Below are positions 1-13,084 of a stretch of DNA of 64,000 nucleotides, in pieces. The notes beneath the pieces are model-generated. The model was not told the DNA's origin. It saw only the letters and a program-made list of their open reading frames with translations, and did no database searches. How positions within the stretch are numbered: position 1 is the first letter of the stretch; every line of letters begins with the position of its first letter. Made by a program: the position numbers and the translations under genes. The stretch is from Paragordius varius (Eukaryota; Animalia; Nematomorpha): assembly GCA_964247055.1 (NCBI GenBank), contig OZ176060.1, positions 1,488,001 through 1,552,000 on the forward strand, written 5' to 3'.

Positions 1-230
1 TACCTAACTATATGATTTTTGGATATTAATATATTGAAAATATCTCTTAAAATATTAAACCATATCTCAACTTTTATAATTATTTTTGAATTATCCTTAA
101 TTTTAACTTTTTGCCCGATTTCGATTTTCTCTTAATATTTTAAAAACTATGTCAACAAAATCAAAGTTTTTGGGACAAATAAATTCGCTGGTCATATATC
201 TCATAAATTAACCTTTTTTCGCATACAGTG
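1..230. mobile_element. Right arm of a CAC...GTG non-autonomous TIR element (same family as 49293-50396)
   Basis: Ends ...catacagtg|tta at 230. Sequence ~110-200 (cccgatttcgattttctcttaatatttt...gctggtcata) aligns with the right arms at 50265-50350 and 56700-56780. Confidence 0.65.
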
Positions 231-1649
231 TTATAAATTCTTTTTCCACGCAATTCGATGCAGAAAAAAGATTTATCAAATTTATTCTAAATTTAGGGAG
301 CTGCTACTAAAAGCCAAAATGGCCCTTAAAATATATCAAGAATTTCGAGAATTCCCTAAATCAAAAATTTGAGATTATAGATCTTTTTTTCAAGAAAAAA
401 GTATTTATAACATATATATTGGATATTTTGTAAAAATTATCCATAGCTTCCGCTTTGGTGCAAATCATCGTAAAATTTTCTTTTTTATATAAGCTTTAAT
501 TTTTTAAAGAATACATTAGATTATCACTATATATAGAGTTAATATATGATGTTCTTAAAATTAAAAGCTATTACCTCATATTAACAAGTTTTTATGATTC
601 AATTTTAACGCCAAATTAAGATTTACTTATAATCTTGAAATCTTTGTGGGACTCTGGAAAAAATGTAAAGGTTTTCTTGATATTGCGTTTACATATGCTA
701 TATTAAAACAAATAAAATTTATTTGACACGTTTTTATCTATTGCATTAATTTTCTTTGGCCTAATATGGGATAAAAATGCGATTTTTTATTTTTGTAAAT
801 TACAAAAAATTTGAATAACATAGTATTTAAACCGCATATATCATTTCTATATTTCATTATGGAGCTTTGAATGATATATTTTTTTGTTGCGCACCGTGGT
901 AAAAAAAAATAAATATAAAATCTACATAAATGTTATCATACCACTACCGGTATTTATAAATATGTTAAAAGTATTTATTAGTTAATTAATTAATGTAAAA
1001 CAAATACTACATAAATGCTTAAAAACCTTAATATTACCCATTTATTGGTTTATGACTTCTAAATAAAATTGAACAGCTTCAAAACACGATTGAAACGAAT
1101 AACTTATATTAAAATCAAAATATAAGTTTTTGTTATTCAAATGTAGCCTGGAAGCAAATTCATTACATTTTTTAACCAAAATAATTTGTTTGCCCGTTGC
1201 ATCAGCGATTTATTTATAGAAAAAAGTGGTGGCAAAAAAGTTTGAGATGAGGATTTTTTAACTATTTTACATTTGTATAATGCGCCTAAAAGGCTAAAGT
1301 AAGCATATTTTCAAATTCGGCTTAATACTCTAACTTTTTAGGATATAATTTCAAATCGGTCTGTGATATAAAACTACCCCAAATGTAATGGAGTGTTATA
1401 ATTGATATTGTAACAAAAATATATAAAAACTACATAAATGCTCACAAACCGTAATGTTTTTACCTGTTTTTATTAATATGTTAAAATATTTATTAGTTAA
1501 TAATAATTAACAATGTAAAACAAAAAATATAAAATATACATATATATCACAACCTTTATTTTACCTGTCCTTATCAAAAAATTTTTTATTCTGCTTTCTA
1601 AAAACTAATTCTTTTTATTAAAAAAAGAGCTCTTTCTATATTTTTTTTC

Positions 1650-2030
1650 ATCGTGACATTAGGAATACCATCGAACAAGTTGACTAAATTATGGAAAAGT
1701 AAAGATAACACTATGAAACTGTCAGAGTTATGAAATACATGTTTTTTCGGGTAGCGACTTATGCTGCAAAAAGTTGGATATTGAAATTTAATGATAATAA
1801 AAATTAAAGCTTTTGAAATTTGGTATTGGAGGAGTATAATATAGAGTGGTACAGAGTAATGGCTATAATAAAAAATTTACGTTCTAGGGCATATTTTAAG
1901 GAGTACATCCCTGATTTTTTGGGAATTGAAAGGGAAGGAAAAGATATTTTGTAAGATGGCTGAACACTGTAGTTAGGGTGTATGAGTGAATTAAAATGGA
2001 AAAGAGATGAGGAGATAGAACTAGTATATT
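1650..2030 (+). mobile_element. Old RTE-like LINE 3' relic
   Basis: Degenerate translation (KLWKSKD, VATY, W, AFEIWYWR) parallels the post-RT region of the RTE copies at 23660-23870 and 36920-37120. Confidence 0.5.
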
Positions 2031-2197
2031 AATATCCAAGGAATTCGGCCTAAGGAATTACAGTAAATATTAATAATTGGACAAAAAAATATTTTATTAA
2101 AATACCGTTGTACATTTCTGAACTTGTTTTTTAAGATATTAGTTGTTTTCTAAATTGCAAAGTAAGAAAGATATATATATTGATAAAAGAACAATTA

Positions 2198-3271
2198 CAC
2201 TAGACAACAAATTTTTCTGCCACTCGAGTTTTTAGTATTTTCTGATATTTAGTATCATTAACAGTAAATCTGAAATAAAAATTATAACTCCCGTAAGTAT
2301 TTTGTATAATTTGATTTTTTTGATGCGCCCTCTTTATCAATATTTTGCTAAAAAATGTTTTTATTTGAAAATATACAAGTAATGCCTATTTGTAATATAT
2401 CATTCGAAAGAGTGATAAAAACTCTATAAAATGCATACTAATATGTATTACATCGACAGTTAATATTGGACACAAAGAGCGACAAACGCGCGAAGCGAGA
2501 GCATTTTTTTTATTATATTTTTAAAACTAATGGATGAAAATAGCTCAAACTTTGTTTAGATGGTGATGAATGTCCAAAAAAGATAACACAAGAAAGTTTT
2601 TTTGATTAAAACATATTGCTTTTATGTTACTCAAAACAGCCATTTTTAAGTTTTTTGTTTTTTAAAAATTACCATCTCATCAATATTAATTTATTTTCTT
2701 TACGAGGCTGATAATTTCGAAATTTTAAAGATAAAAACAAAGTTAAAGATATTTTTGATCTCTTTTAGCCATTATGTAATAAATTTACAGTTATAACTAT
2801 GCATTTTAGTATCCACTAGTTAAAAAATTTATGATAATAATTATTTTTATTAAAAAAGCAAATTAAAAGCTTTTTCAAACATTTTTTTTAAATTAAATAC
2901 TGTAGCCCTAATAATTATATTAAAATAATTTATATGATCTTCAAATTAATTTATCTGTGAAAATTTTTGACTTATATAAACCCAAATAACTTAAACATCC
3001 GATTGTAAATGACTTACCATTTGAAAGATACAGTTTTTCACGCTTTTTCTAATAATATAAAATACATGGCTTCATATCTCAAACTTTTGATTTTATGAAT
3101 TTCGAATTTAATGTTAAATTAAGGCCAAAAATTATAGATAAACTCTAATTAAAAAAATTCTTGCATGCTAGACCAATTTTCTTTTTAGATACACTAATTA
3201 TGTACTTTAATGAAATAAATTTTAAATTTACAAGAATGGCAGTTAAAAAAGTCAAAATTTTTTGTCTAGTG
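2198..3271. mobile_element. Non-autonomous TIR element, Chapaev3-like (CAC...GTG ends, TTA TSD)
   Basis: tta|cactagacaa ... ttgtctagtg|tta. A reverse-orientation copy lies at ~62420-63960. Confidence 0.7.
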
Positions 3272-4426
3272 TTATATATTTTACTGTAAGGAAATAATTT
3301 ATATATGAAATATATGAAGATGTATGGTTGTTTTGTGATAAAAAAATTTTTATATATTAATGTTTTGTATGATAATGTTTATGGTACCATATAGTAACTA
3401 CCTAAATTCATATTAGCGGAAAATATGCGGTCTCTAATCACAACATGCTAATTTAGTGCCATTATGATAAAAAACAAGAATTTCGAAATTTTAATTATTC
3501 AAATAAAAATTTTATATTAAAAGCACTTAATTAGAAGAAAAAATGGAACCGGTTTTAAGTGTAAAGAAACGGTGCCTGAATCGGGATCTTATCCACTTGC
3601 CTAGGATAACCGGTTTTATTTTAAAAACCATTCGCTTCCACTTTTCAACATTATTCGCCTTGACATTATCATATTGGTTGAAATATATTGTATACAATTA
3701 TATATTTATTATTTTTTTATTTATTTTGACTCGATACAATTTTGAAAAGCATCAATACACCTTCACTATCATCAATTAAACTATTGTATTTTCTCTTTTG
3801 CTACAATAGTAAGTACTCAATACAAATATTAAATATCTTTTAAAACCGTCTAAGGTTGCATTCCTAAAGGTCTGTTTTATAACTTTACAAATCTCACTAA
3901 ATTAATTGATTTAATATAAGATTTGTGTCCAATAATTAATGCGGTAAGAGCTATTTACTAATTCAGATTCGATACGAATTATTGACAAAAATTAAATTGG
4001 TAAAATCCCTTTTAAATGACGATTAGTGCTCCTAGAATTTGGATAAGGAAGCTTATTAACGAATCCGATAAAAATAGGTGTCATATATAAGTGTATAAAA
4101 ATGAGAAAATCAAGTTTACTAAGATAATATTTTACACGTGGAAATCACTACTCATAATTAAAAATTCGGGGGTCAGTTATATTGGTAAAACCTTTGTCAT
4201 AAGAAAAAAAATAAAAAAATATAAAATAAATAAAAAGCTTATAAAAAAAAGTTTTATTATAAATCAAGGTTGAAACTTGTTTATATGGGTTACAATTATT
4301 AAAGTATTTTTGGAAGATAACGCTTAGTTTCTGTGCATTCTTAATTTTTTATATAAACATGAAATCGCAGATGACAAATACAAACTTTTGAGTATTATTT
4401 ATAAACTTAAAATTTAACTAATTTTA

Positions 4427-5585
4427 CAGCAAATGTTAATTTTTAATATCAAGAATTTTTTTTTTAATCCATGTGGCATTTTTTTATCCTTTTAAAAGTT
4501 GTTTTACAAGCATATAAAAAATAACACTTACATATATATTTAAATGTACTTACATGTCCCTTTTCTGTAGACATATATGAGAGATATATTAACATTGCAA
4601 TATGTTCCCCTTCTCGCTACATATCTCATTATAGAAATGGTAACATTGCATATGTGTTGTGCCTACTTCATTAAATAATTTTTTAGGTTTTATATATAAT
4701 TTTTTTATAAAAAATTAAGTTTTTAATAATTAATTAAAAAATATTTCAGAAAAGACTATAAAAAAATATATTTGAAACATATAAATCGCTTAGTGCGTAA
4801 TAAAACTTGTATTATACAAATTTAAATATTAATTTGATTTTGCTGACTTTTTTTGAAAACACTATATCACCTAAAATTAAAACTGAGAAATGTCACGAAA
4901 AATGGTAAAATATTACCATTTATAATTAATTATTTTACAAGTGGTAATTTATTTAAGCAAATATTTTTGACATTTTTTTTGGTGTGCTCATAATACTTAA
5001 GAAAATGAATGTGCTGAATATTTTCAAGAATTTGAGTTAAATTTTCAATCAAATCTTCCACATTGAAATGGCATCTTTCCTGACTTTTTTTGATCTCTGG
5101 AGTCTGGGTTATTAATGTGCCATAGTTTGAATCTAATGTTGATGGCAAACTTTCATTTATAATATCTTCTTCACAAAAACTATACATTTATTCCAAATTT
5201 CTTTTTGACAAAATAATAAAAACTTATTTTTTATAAAAAAAATATATAAACTTATAAATTAAAAATCAAAGTATGCACAACACATAACATACTGATTAAT
5301 ACCTAATTTTATAAAAAATGTTATATCAAACCTAAATATTTATCAAAGTAGACAAAACACATATGCGATTTACCATTTCTCAAATAATAAATGTAGCGAG
5401 AAGAGGAACATATTGCAATGTTAATGTATCTCTCATATATGTGTACCGAAAAGGGACATGTAAGTACATTTAAATATATATGTCAGTGTTATTTTTTATA
5501 TGCTTGTAAAACAACTTTTAAAAGGATAAAAAAATGCCACATGGATTAAAAAAAAATTCTTGATATTAAAAATTAACATTTACTG
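4427..5585. mobile_element. TA-flanked MITE/foldback with ~300 bp TIRs and an ORF-bearing spacer
   Basis: ta|cagcaaatgttaatttttaatatc ... gatattaaaaattaacatttactg|ta. Arms ~4427-4725 and ~5290-5585 are reverse complements at high identity. Confidence 0.85.
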
Positions 5586-5974
5586 TATAGTTTGAAAAAA
5601 CCTAGTTTTTGTATGTTATTAAATTAAAACGCATGTACTACGGTAATAACCATATGTTTTTACAAAACATGTTTAAGTCAAGGCATAACAAAACGTTTTC
5701 AATCGAAACTGATGCAGTTAATTCTCTTTTAAAACCCATAATAAATGTATCATTCTTACAAAATTGAAGCTTAACAAAAAATTAGGCAACTATTTTGTAT
5801 TGATAGCAGATTAGCCATCTTTCACAAGTAATACTTTATAAGTAATATAGGTGATCCCCAAATATTTTTGGATTTAAACCAACATAAACTAAATTTGGCA
5901 CTTATGTTATATTACATTGCGGACCAAATCGGTGGGAAAAAACAACCCGATGAAATATACCACACTCAAAGAGT

Positions 5975-6425
5975 ATTGGTCCTTGAACATTTCAAGTTGA
6001 CCCTTAAAATTTTTAATTTAGGATTTAACTATAATTTCTGCATGAATTATTTATTTTATTATTTGTTAACCTAATTTTCTTTATATTATATTTTTTTAAA
6101 TAAATTTTTTCATTCAAAAACCACTTTGTTTTTTCCATCTGATATTTTCCAATTCAACTATTAATTTATAAATTTTAATGAAAATAATTAACCCAGAAAA
6201 TTTATATATTAAATTAATCATCATATTAATATAAATTCGCACTTCAAAGGTGTTCTTGAACACTCCAGGAACACCTAAAGTTGGTCTTATTACAAGAGTT
6301 TATGTAAAATAATTACAATAAATGATAAAATTGATAAACCTACACGTTTATTGATTTGAAGTCTTCACAACTTGAAGTCAAAGACTTAAAATGTTCAAGG
6401 ACACTCTTGAAAGGGTAAATGGTAT
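5975..6425. mobile_element. Diverged copy of the 21-bp-minisatellite MITE family
   Basis: Contains ggtccttgaacatttcaagttg at ~5977 and aaggacactcttgaa...aatggta at ~6398-6424, matching 13085-15705. Confidence 0.6.
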
Positions 6426-8836
6426 ATGTATGTATATATAATTCCGATAGGAAAATGCACTATTATCATCCTTTTGGTGACCCTTATGACTGAATTAAGA
6501 AAATTATTTACACTTTTGTAATAAGTGCTCTATATCAGAATATTGTAATTGCACCCATTTTTTTAACTATAATATTTTTGGCGAAAGTTAAATTTAAAAA
6601 TATCTATAAGGTACATATAAAAGGCAAAACAATATTTTTTAAAAATTAATTTTTAGATTTGGGTTTGGAAAATTGCAACTTTTGCTCTTTAATGGGCTAG
6701 TATTATTAAACTAAACGCACAAATGCCGAGATTACATGATAAAAATTTTAAATAATATTTTGCAAATGAAACTATTTTCTAAAAAATGCATATATTTTTC
6801 AAAAAAATTATATTTTTACCAAATTTTTATTGAAGCCTGCTTCATATTGGAAACGGTATAAAAACGCTTTTTAATATTCTAAAAACATTTTTCTATGAAA
6901 TTTCAGGATGCTATTCTCTCACCCAAAATTTCAATTTAAAGGCTCCTTTGCTTTCTAATTTAGATGATATATAAAAACACAATTAACACAAATATGAAGA
7001 CGCACCAATACAAAAATCTGAGATAGATGTTAGACATTATCGAAATGATATAAAAAGTGTTTTTAATAATATATTAAAGAGCTTTTCTTTAAATAATATG
7101 AAGCGCGCTTTAACAAAATTCTTAAATTAATTTTAATCATTCACTTTTAAAAAATATATTTTTGATTAATATCAAAATTTAGCATTCAAAATTATCAAGC
7201 AAACTCTGCATTTTTGCGAGTATTTAAAATAACCATCTTGAAAGAACGAAAAATTTGGGATTCAAACCACATCTAAAAATTATTTTTTTTAAAAATATCG
7301 CTTTGCTAAGTAGTTTAAAATATATTTTAGTTATTAAAGCTTTTAGCTTCAAAAAAATTATAATAAAAGCGCAAGTTTTTACTTTTTGAGAGGAGCACAC
7401 CTAGAAAACTCTATATAGGCCAAAATTAAAAGCACGATGATGATCCTGATCATTTTCCCAGAATATATACATTTAATCAAGTCATTTTTGTGGATACTGT
7501 ATTATTGTGCTGATTTCGCTGTGCCTTTTTGTTTTTGTATAAAGAAACTGATTGTCAGAATCCGAAACTTAATAATTAATTGCTTTTATAGCATCAGGAA
7601 ATGATAACCTTTCAAGATTTTTCGTTATAACCTCTTTATTTTCAAATTATAAGTTTGTTAAATTATTAAATTAGGAATTTTTTGCTGAATTATAGGTAAA
7701 ATACTGCGCGCCATTCCATAAATAAAGTTTTAAGTGTAAAAACTTAAAACATGGATTCTATGTTAATATAAGTATAAAAATACATCCTACCTTTTTGGTT
7801 AAGCATATAATTTTCTGAACCTGGATAAATAAAATATATGTGCTTTTTTATTGTATTTAATGAATAACATAGTTAAATCATTAGGACAGCCAAAGTATTG
7901 ACATTTTAGAATTATGATTAATTTAAGGCTATAATTTTTATCTATCCTATGTAAACTGTATAAAAAATTTTTTAAGTTAAAGAGCAGAGTAGAAAATTAA
8001 GGATTTTTACGCATTAACACATATTTCTGTATTATAAAATTCTGGATATTATATTAAATATGCTTTGTTTATAAGCTTTAATTTTTTTATTAATCTAACT
8101 TGTACAGTCATGACTTTATTATATTTCGCTGTTATATTAATTTGCGAAAGCATCATCCAAATTTATGAAAAAATGAATACTAAATATGGGATTTTCCTTG
8201 AAGTATTATTTTAAAATTCTTTTTAATAGCTTAAAAAACACAAAAATATGAAACATTTTAACTCCAAAAAAATAATTATATACATGAATATGGCAAGATG
8301 TTTGTGAACGCTCAAATATTTATCAATTATATTATTAATGTTACATTGATAGCGCTTTGGATAAAAGATAATAAAATCATAAATGTGCCGATAAGTCGAA
8401 ATAAAGTTGCTTCTATTAGCCAAAATATAAAATCGCATTTCTGTCGCAGAGGTCGAATCGAATAAAATCACATTCAATAGAGAAAAACGAAACAAAACTT
8501 TATTTATTACTAACCATAAGAATTAAACTCAACGCAAAACAATATCGATAATGAATTTTCAGGATTTTTGAAGGACTTAATAACTAAAAAATCGCATTTC
8601 GCGTCATATGATAATCATATATTGATAATTTGCAAAAAGCGGAGAGTTTCAAAATGTCTAATATATATTTTGAATTTGCAGAGGAAAAAAATATCTATCA
8701 ACGAAATGATTATGCCCAAAGGCAGGTCACAATAGCCAAAATGGCACGAATTGCTCAATCACAATCGTGTCCCTTTCTTAAAAAACTTAGTTGATAAAAA
8801 ATAATTTTGAATCGAAATGTAGAGAAAGACTTTAAA

Positions 8837-8869
<33 letters not shown>

Positions 8870-8875
8870 TATATT
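8837..8875. repeat. (TA)n microsatellite
   Basis: Direct reading, one interruption. Confidence 0.9.
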
Positions 8876-9621
8876 GGAGTTTAATTATACGCTACTTTCG
8901 CTTGGCATAAATAAATAAGTAGGCTATCATATTTTAACATATATTGAATTAACTCCAAATCATAGTATTTATGATAGTTAAAAAATTAATACCTTTTACC
9001 CAATAACATTATATTCATTTGATTAGAAATTGAGGCCAAAATGCGCCTTTTTAGTTTTAATTCCTAAAGGATCCTATATGTTTTGAAATTATTGTATATA
9101 TCCACATATAAATTTTATTGATTTTTTTTTCTCTATTATATATTTAATTAAAATGCGACTTTTTAATTTTGTCTAATAGCAGAGAAATTAAAATAATTTT
9201 TTTAGCCTGTTAGATATTGATCATTTAGACATTCATTATAACTATAGAATGGTTTTTAAAGGTATCCAAAATGGTTAAGGAATCCGTCAAACTACATTAA
9301 AAATTTTCTAAACCAGTTTCACTTATCTTATTATTTGCAACGTCTAGTATAAAAAATAATATTTTTAGAGCTTTCTTAAAATACTGAAAATGTTTGTTTT
9401 TTACTTTTGTTTTATACATTTATTTCGTCTATAAAGTTTGACCCAACTTTTTCGAAATAAAAATATATCATCGACTCTGTTTAACATATAAAACTCGATG
9501 AAAAAAGTACCCCTATTTTTTACACAATGTTAATAAATCCTTTAAAATTATAAACCACATAAAAAAAGTTAAAATTTATTTTTTAATCTTCATTTAATTA
9601 AATTTTTTTAATGCATTATAG

Positions 9622-12290
9622 GCGAAATTATTTGTCCAATCAATATCTCTGTTATATTTGATAACAACTTCAATATTCTAATAAACGATCCTAGATACAA
9701 ATATTATTATGAATATCAAGATGCAATATCTAAAGCCGTTAGTATAAACATATATTGTTTAGATACAAATTACATTTTGGAAAAATGATTATCCTTCACT
9801 GCGCGGAGTTTATTTTCACAGCCACAACATTATATAGTGAGTTATTATATTGAATTACAAGTTCAATATATTTCAAATTTTGAGTGATTTTGGTTCGATA
9901 TTAGACATGACACTTGTGTATCCTAGGGCTTAACATATCCTCATTATAAATATTTATATGCTTTCACGAAACATATAATACTGTATCTATATTTTTAGTC
10001 CACTAAATGTTTTAATGATCGGAACATTGACATTTTTTGGAAATAAATATCCATCTGAAAATCAATTATTATCAATTATTGATAATTATCTATTGTCTAA
10101 CTTACAAATACTGGTACCAATCATTTCAATTAAATCATCATCTCAATGTGATGGTATATTGAATTTAAATCTAGATTTACACATCCCAATCATGTTAAAG
10201 TTAAATGTGCAAGAAACGGATTACGGTGTCCATATTGAATGGCTTACTCAAATTAAACTCGATAAATTATATGTAGAATGGAAAAAAATTGATAACATAA
10301 AAAGTAAAAAAAAACGCGATAGCACTAAATCAGAAACCAATATTTTGGTCATAGATTCAGAAAATTTAGTTTGAATAATTTATAATTTGTAGAATCAATA
10401 TGATATTTACGATGTTAAGCCAAACACATTATATGAATTCAGTATAACGCCCCACAACAAAATAGGGTTCGGTTCCGTTCAATCCACGGTAATAAAAACA
10501 AGAAGGAGTATTTATAGTATATTTTTTAATTTAAAAATAAGAATTGCAAGGAAACAAATCTATGGTATGGGCATGGATTTTAATCATAATTGGTTTTATA
10601 CTGATAATAATTATAATATTGGCTACAATTTTTTATAGAAAAAAAAAACATGATATTGGTATTTTTTTATTAACTTTAGCCGCTGAAGTACAAAATAAGT
10701 TGATGAAAGAAATTCAAAATACATTAGCGCCCAAAAAAGATATAAATGTAAACGAGTCTGAAGAATTGGAGTTTTTATTTGATTTAAATTTTGATTATTA
10801 TGGCAAAATTGATTCAAATATATATTATAGTCCCTATTACAATTATAGTAAGTGTATAGTTTTAAATTTTAGCAAATGAAGTTTTTTATGATGAAACAGG
10901 AAATGCAATAAGTGCTTCTTTTGCAACCGAAAGTAATTAAATCTATCAAATATAATAACTATAACTATTTATTTTATATCCCTTAAAAATAGCAATAAAT
11001 TATTCACTAGTTAACAATCTGATTCAAATTAAGCCAAATTTGAAAAAATCTTCTACTGCTACGTTATTTTTTCATAAAATTTCTGTAATATTGTGCTTTT
11101 CTGATGCTATTAAAGTTAATTTTATAATAAAAATATGGGTTCTCTTGCATTATTTTAACACTTAATTGTTCTTACTTTTTTAATTTACCTTTAGCAGAGC
11201 TCGTAATTAAACTACATTTTTGGAAGTTAATTTAGTTAAACATTGTTTTCATGTATAAGATAAAAAAGTTTTTATTACATTTTTGAAACTAGAGGCTACA
11301 ATTGTGAAGCTCCAAAACATATTGAAAGAAACAGCTGATATTAAAATCAAAATATATCAAATGATTTTAAAGTTATTTACATTTACTAACAATAATATAC
11401 ATTTATTGCCTTTTGCAATAGTGATTTTAAAAAATTTATAAAAAATGGCGGAAATAATTATCAGATAAAATTTTTTTACAATTTAAGATTTTATTAAAAA
11501 TTTTTATGCGCCTAAAAAACTTAAGCCATGTTTTCGAATGCGGCTAAATACTTTAAATACATTTAAAGATCTTCACATTTCAATACACTCGATGTAAAAA
11601 CCCTAACAATTGGAATATTATTTAGCTGTTGTACACATGTTAATCTGGCTGAATTTTAATCTTCGTGTTTATTCATAAAATGAATAATAACAAGTTTTTT
11701 TAGATCATTTTACAGTAAAAATTGAATTTATACGGACAAAATGTAAAAATATAAAGACAATTTTTTTATAAAAGACAACCATACTATTTTTAAAACTTGA
11801 TTTATCCTAAAAATATTTGATTACAATCATAAAATACAAAATCGATTGTGTTACCAATTTACATTTGTATATTATATGTAGTTTAAAACAGTGAGTTATA
11901 TTAAAAAAAAGAGATTAAAAAAGTATAGTTTGTAAAAAATATTTGTCTTAATATTTCACGTTTTGTCCGTATAATTTCAATTTTTAGTGTAAATTTTATC
12001 ACAATTTTATATAAATGCCAACTTTTGCATTTTTAATTAATCCCATATATTTTACAATAGGTTTAAACTGGCCTGGTAGTAGCCCCAGTTTGAGTAGGAC
12101 TAAAATAAATGTGTTATATCCAAGTTTTAATGGCTATTATTTAAATTTCTATTACATTATTAATTAATGTTTCTATAAAGATATAATACCTAACCAAATT
12201 TCTGATGGTATGGCGGAACCTTCCTCTTCATGCGCAAATCAAGGCTATTATGACGAACACGGCGAATGGCATTATGGTCAGATGCAATAA
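9622..12290 (+). CDS. Putative single-pass membrane protein: SEA-like domain + FN3 domain + TM + Tyr-rich cytoplasmic tail (5'-incomplete, ~382 aa recovered)
   Basis: Exons 9622-9737, 9763-9836, 9999-10368, 10393-10507, 10542-10847, 10873-10932, 12181-12290. All junctions are GT-AG, phase-compatible and stop-free after splicing. FN3 motifs VHIEW...YDIYDVKPNTLYEFSITPHNKIGFG; TM VWAWILIIIGFILIIIIILATIFY followed by RKKKH; stop TAA at 12288-12290 with overlapping AATAAA. The SEA call is by eye (ISVIFDNNF..INDPRY...SLRGVYF..VLMIGTLTF). Confidence 0.8.
9738..9762 (+). other. 25-nt spliceosomal intron
   Basis: gttagt...tttag. Retention shifts frame and stops at TGA ~9786; removal gives KA|IQITFWKNDY. 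Confidence 0.7.
10369..10392 (+). other. 24-nt spliceosomal intron with an in-frame stop
   Basis: gtttga...ttgtag. Removal joins the two halves of the FN3 domain. Confidence 0.85.
10508..10541 (+). other. 34-nt spliceosomal intron
   Basis: gtattt...aataag. Removal joins FN3 to the TM exon in frame (KTRR-K-LQGNK). Confidence 0.75.
10848..10872 (+). other. 25-nt spliceosomal intron
   Basis: Canonical gtaagt donor and ttttag acceptor; removal gives YNYTNEVFYDETG. Confidence 0.8.
11713..11989. mobile_element. ~280-bp TA-flanked MITE inside the 1248-nt intron
   Basis: ta|cagtaaaaattgaatttatacggacaaaa ... ttttgtccgtataatttcaatttttagtg|ta. Another copy at ~52808-53068 and a right end at ~47520-47555. 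Confidence 0.7.
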
Positions 12291-13084
12291 ATAAAAATAT
12301 AAAGATAAAAAATAACATGTAAAATTGATAAAATAAAGTTCAAGTTATGACAAAAAATATCATCCCCAACATTCCAACATGTGTGAATTGTAAAAATATT
12401 ATACATTATCTCATAATTTATATTTTACAATAAACCACCACATTCTCCTATATACTTGTTTTATGTATGTTGCCGGCAAGTGTGACTATTGGAATGCATA
12501 ATGGCAAGTAACATTTGTACTTATAGTCAATCGTTGCGCTCGAATCAGCCTTATACATTTTTATTTTTGCTATTACTATAATATGTTTCAGCAATATTTA
12601 AACTGTAGCCCTTGAAGTAATGTGTCCAAACTTTGCCATTTTTAGATATGGAGCAGTTAACACAATAGTGTAAATAATTTTATATCATTCGTAAGGACCA
12701 AAGCCAAAACCATCATGAAAATTCTGAAAACTTTCTCAATAAAATTAATATATTTTGCCAGAATACATTTTTGTAGTCATTGTGTCTAGCTTAGATAGTT
12801 TTTGGAATTAATTTAATTTTTGTCAAAAAAATTTAAGCATAATGTGCGCTAATTTTCAACGCTCAAATTAAATTTTTGATAACTCGAAAGGTCAAAACGC
12901 AAAGGCACAATAAAAACCTAATGATTGTCTTAAGAATAATTATACATCGAGATAGAGTTTTGTGCGCATGTTTTATGAATAATGATTATAGTTTTGTAAA
13001 ACTAAGATAATAGTCAAATTCATATTTATAAACTTGTGTTAATACGATATACATAAAATAAAGCGTATAAAATCAAAACCTTAT

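Noticed and set aside
12330-12780. Possible minus-strand gene tail-to-tail with the receptor gene
   Set aside because: Short open stretches exist, but I could not build a phase-consistent spliced model or recognise a domain.
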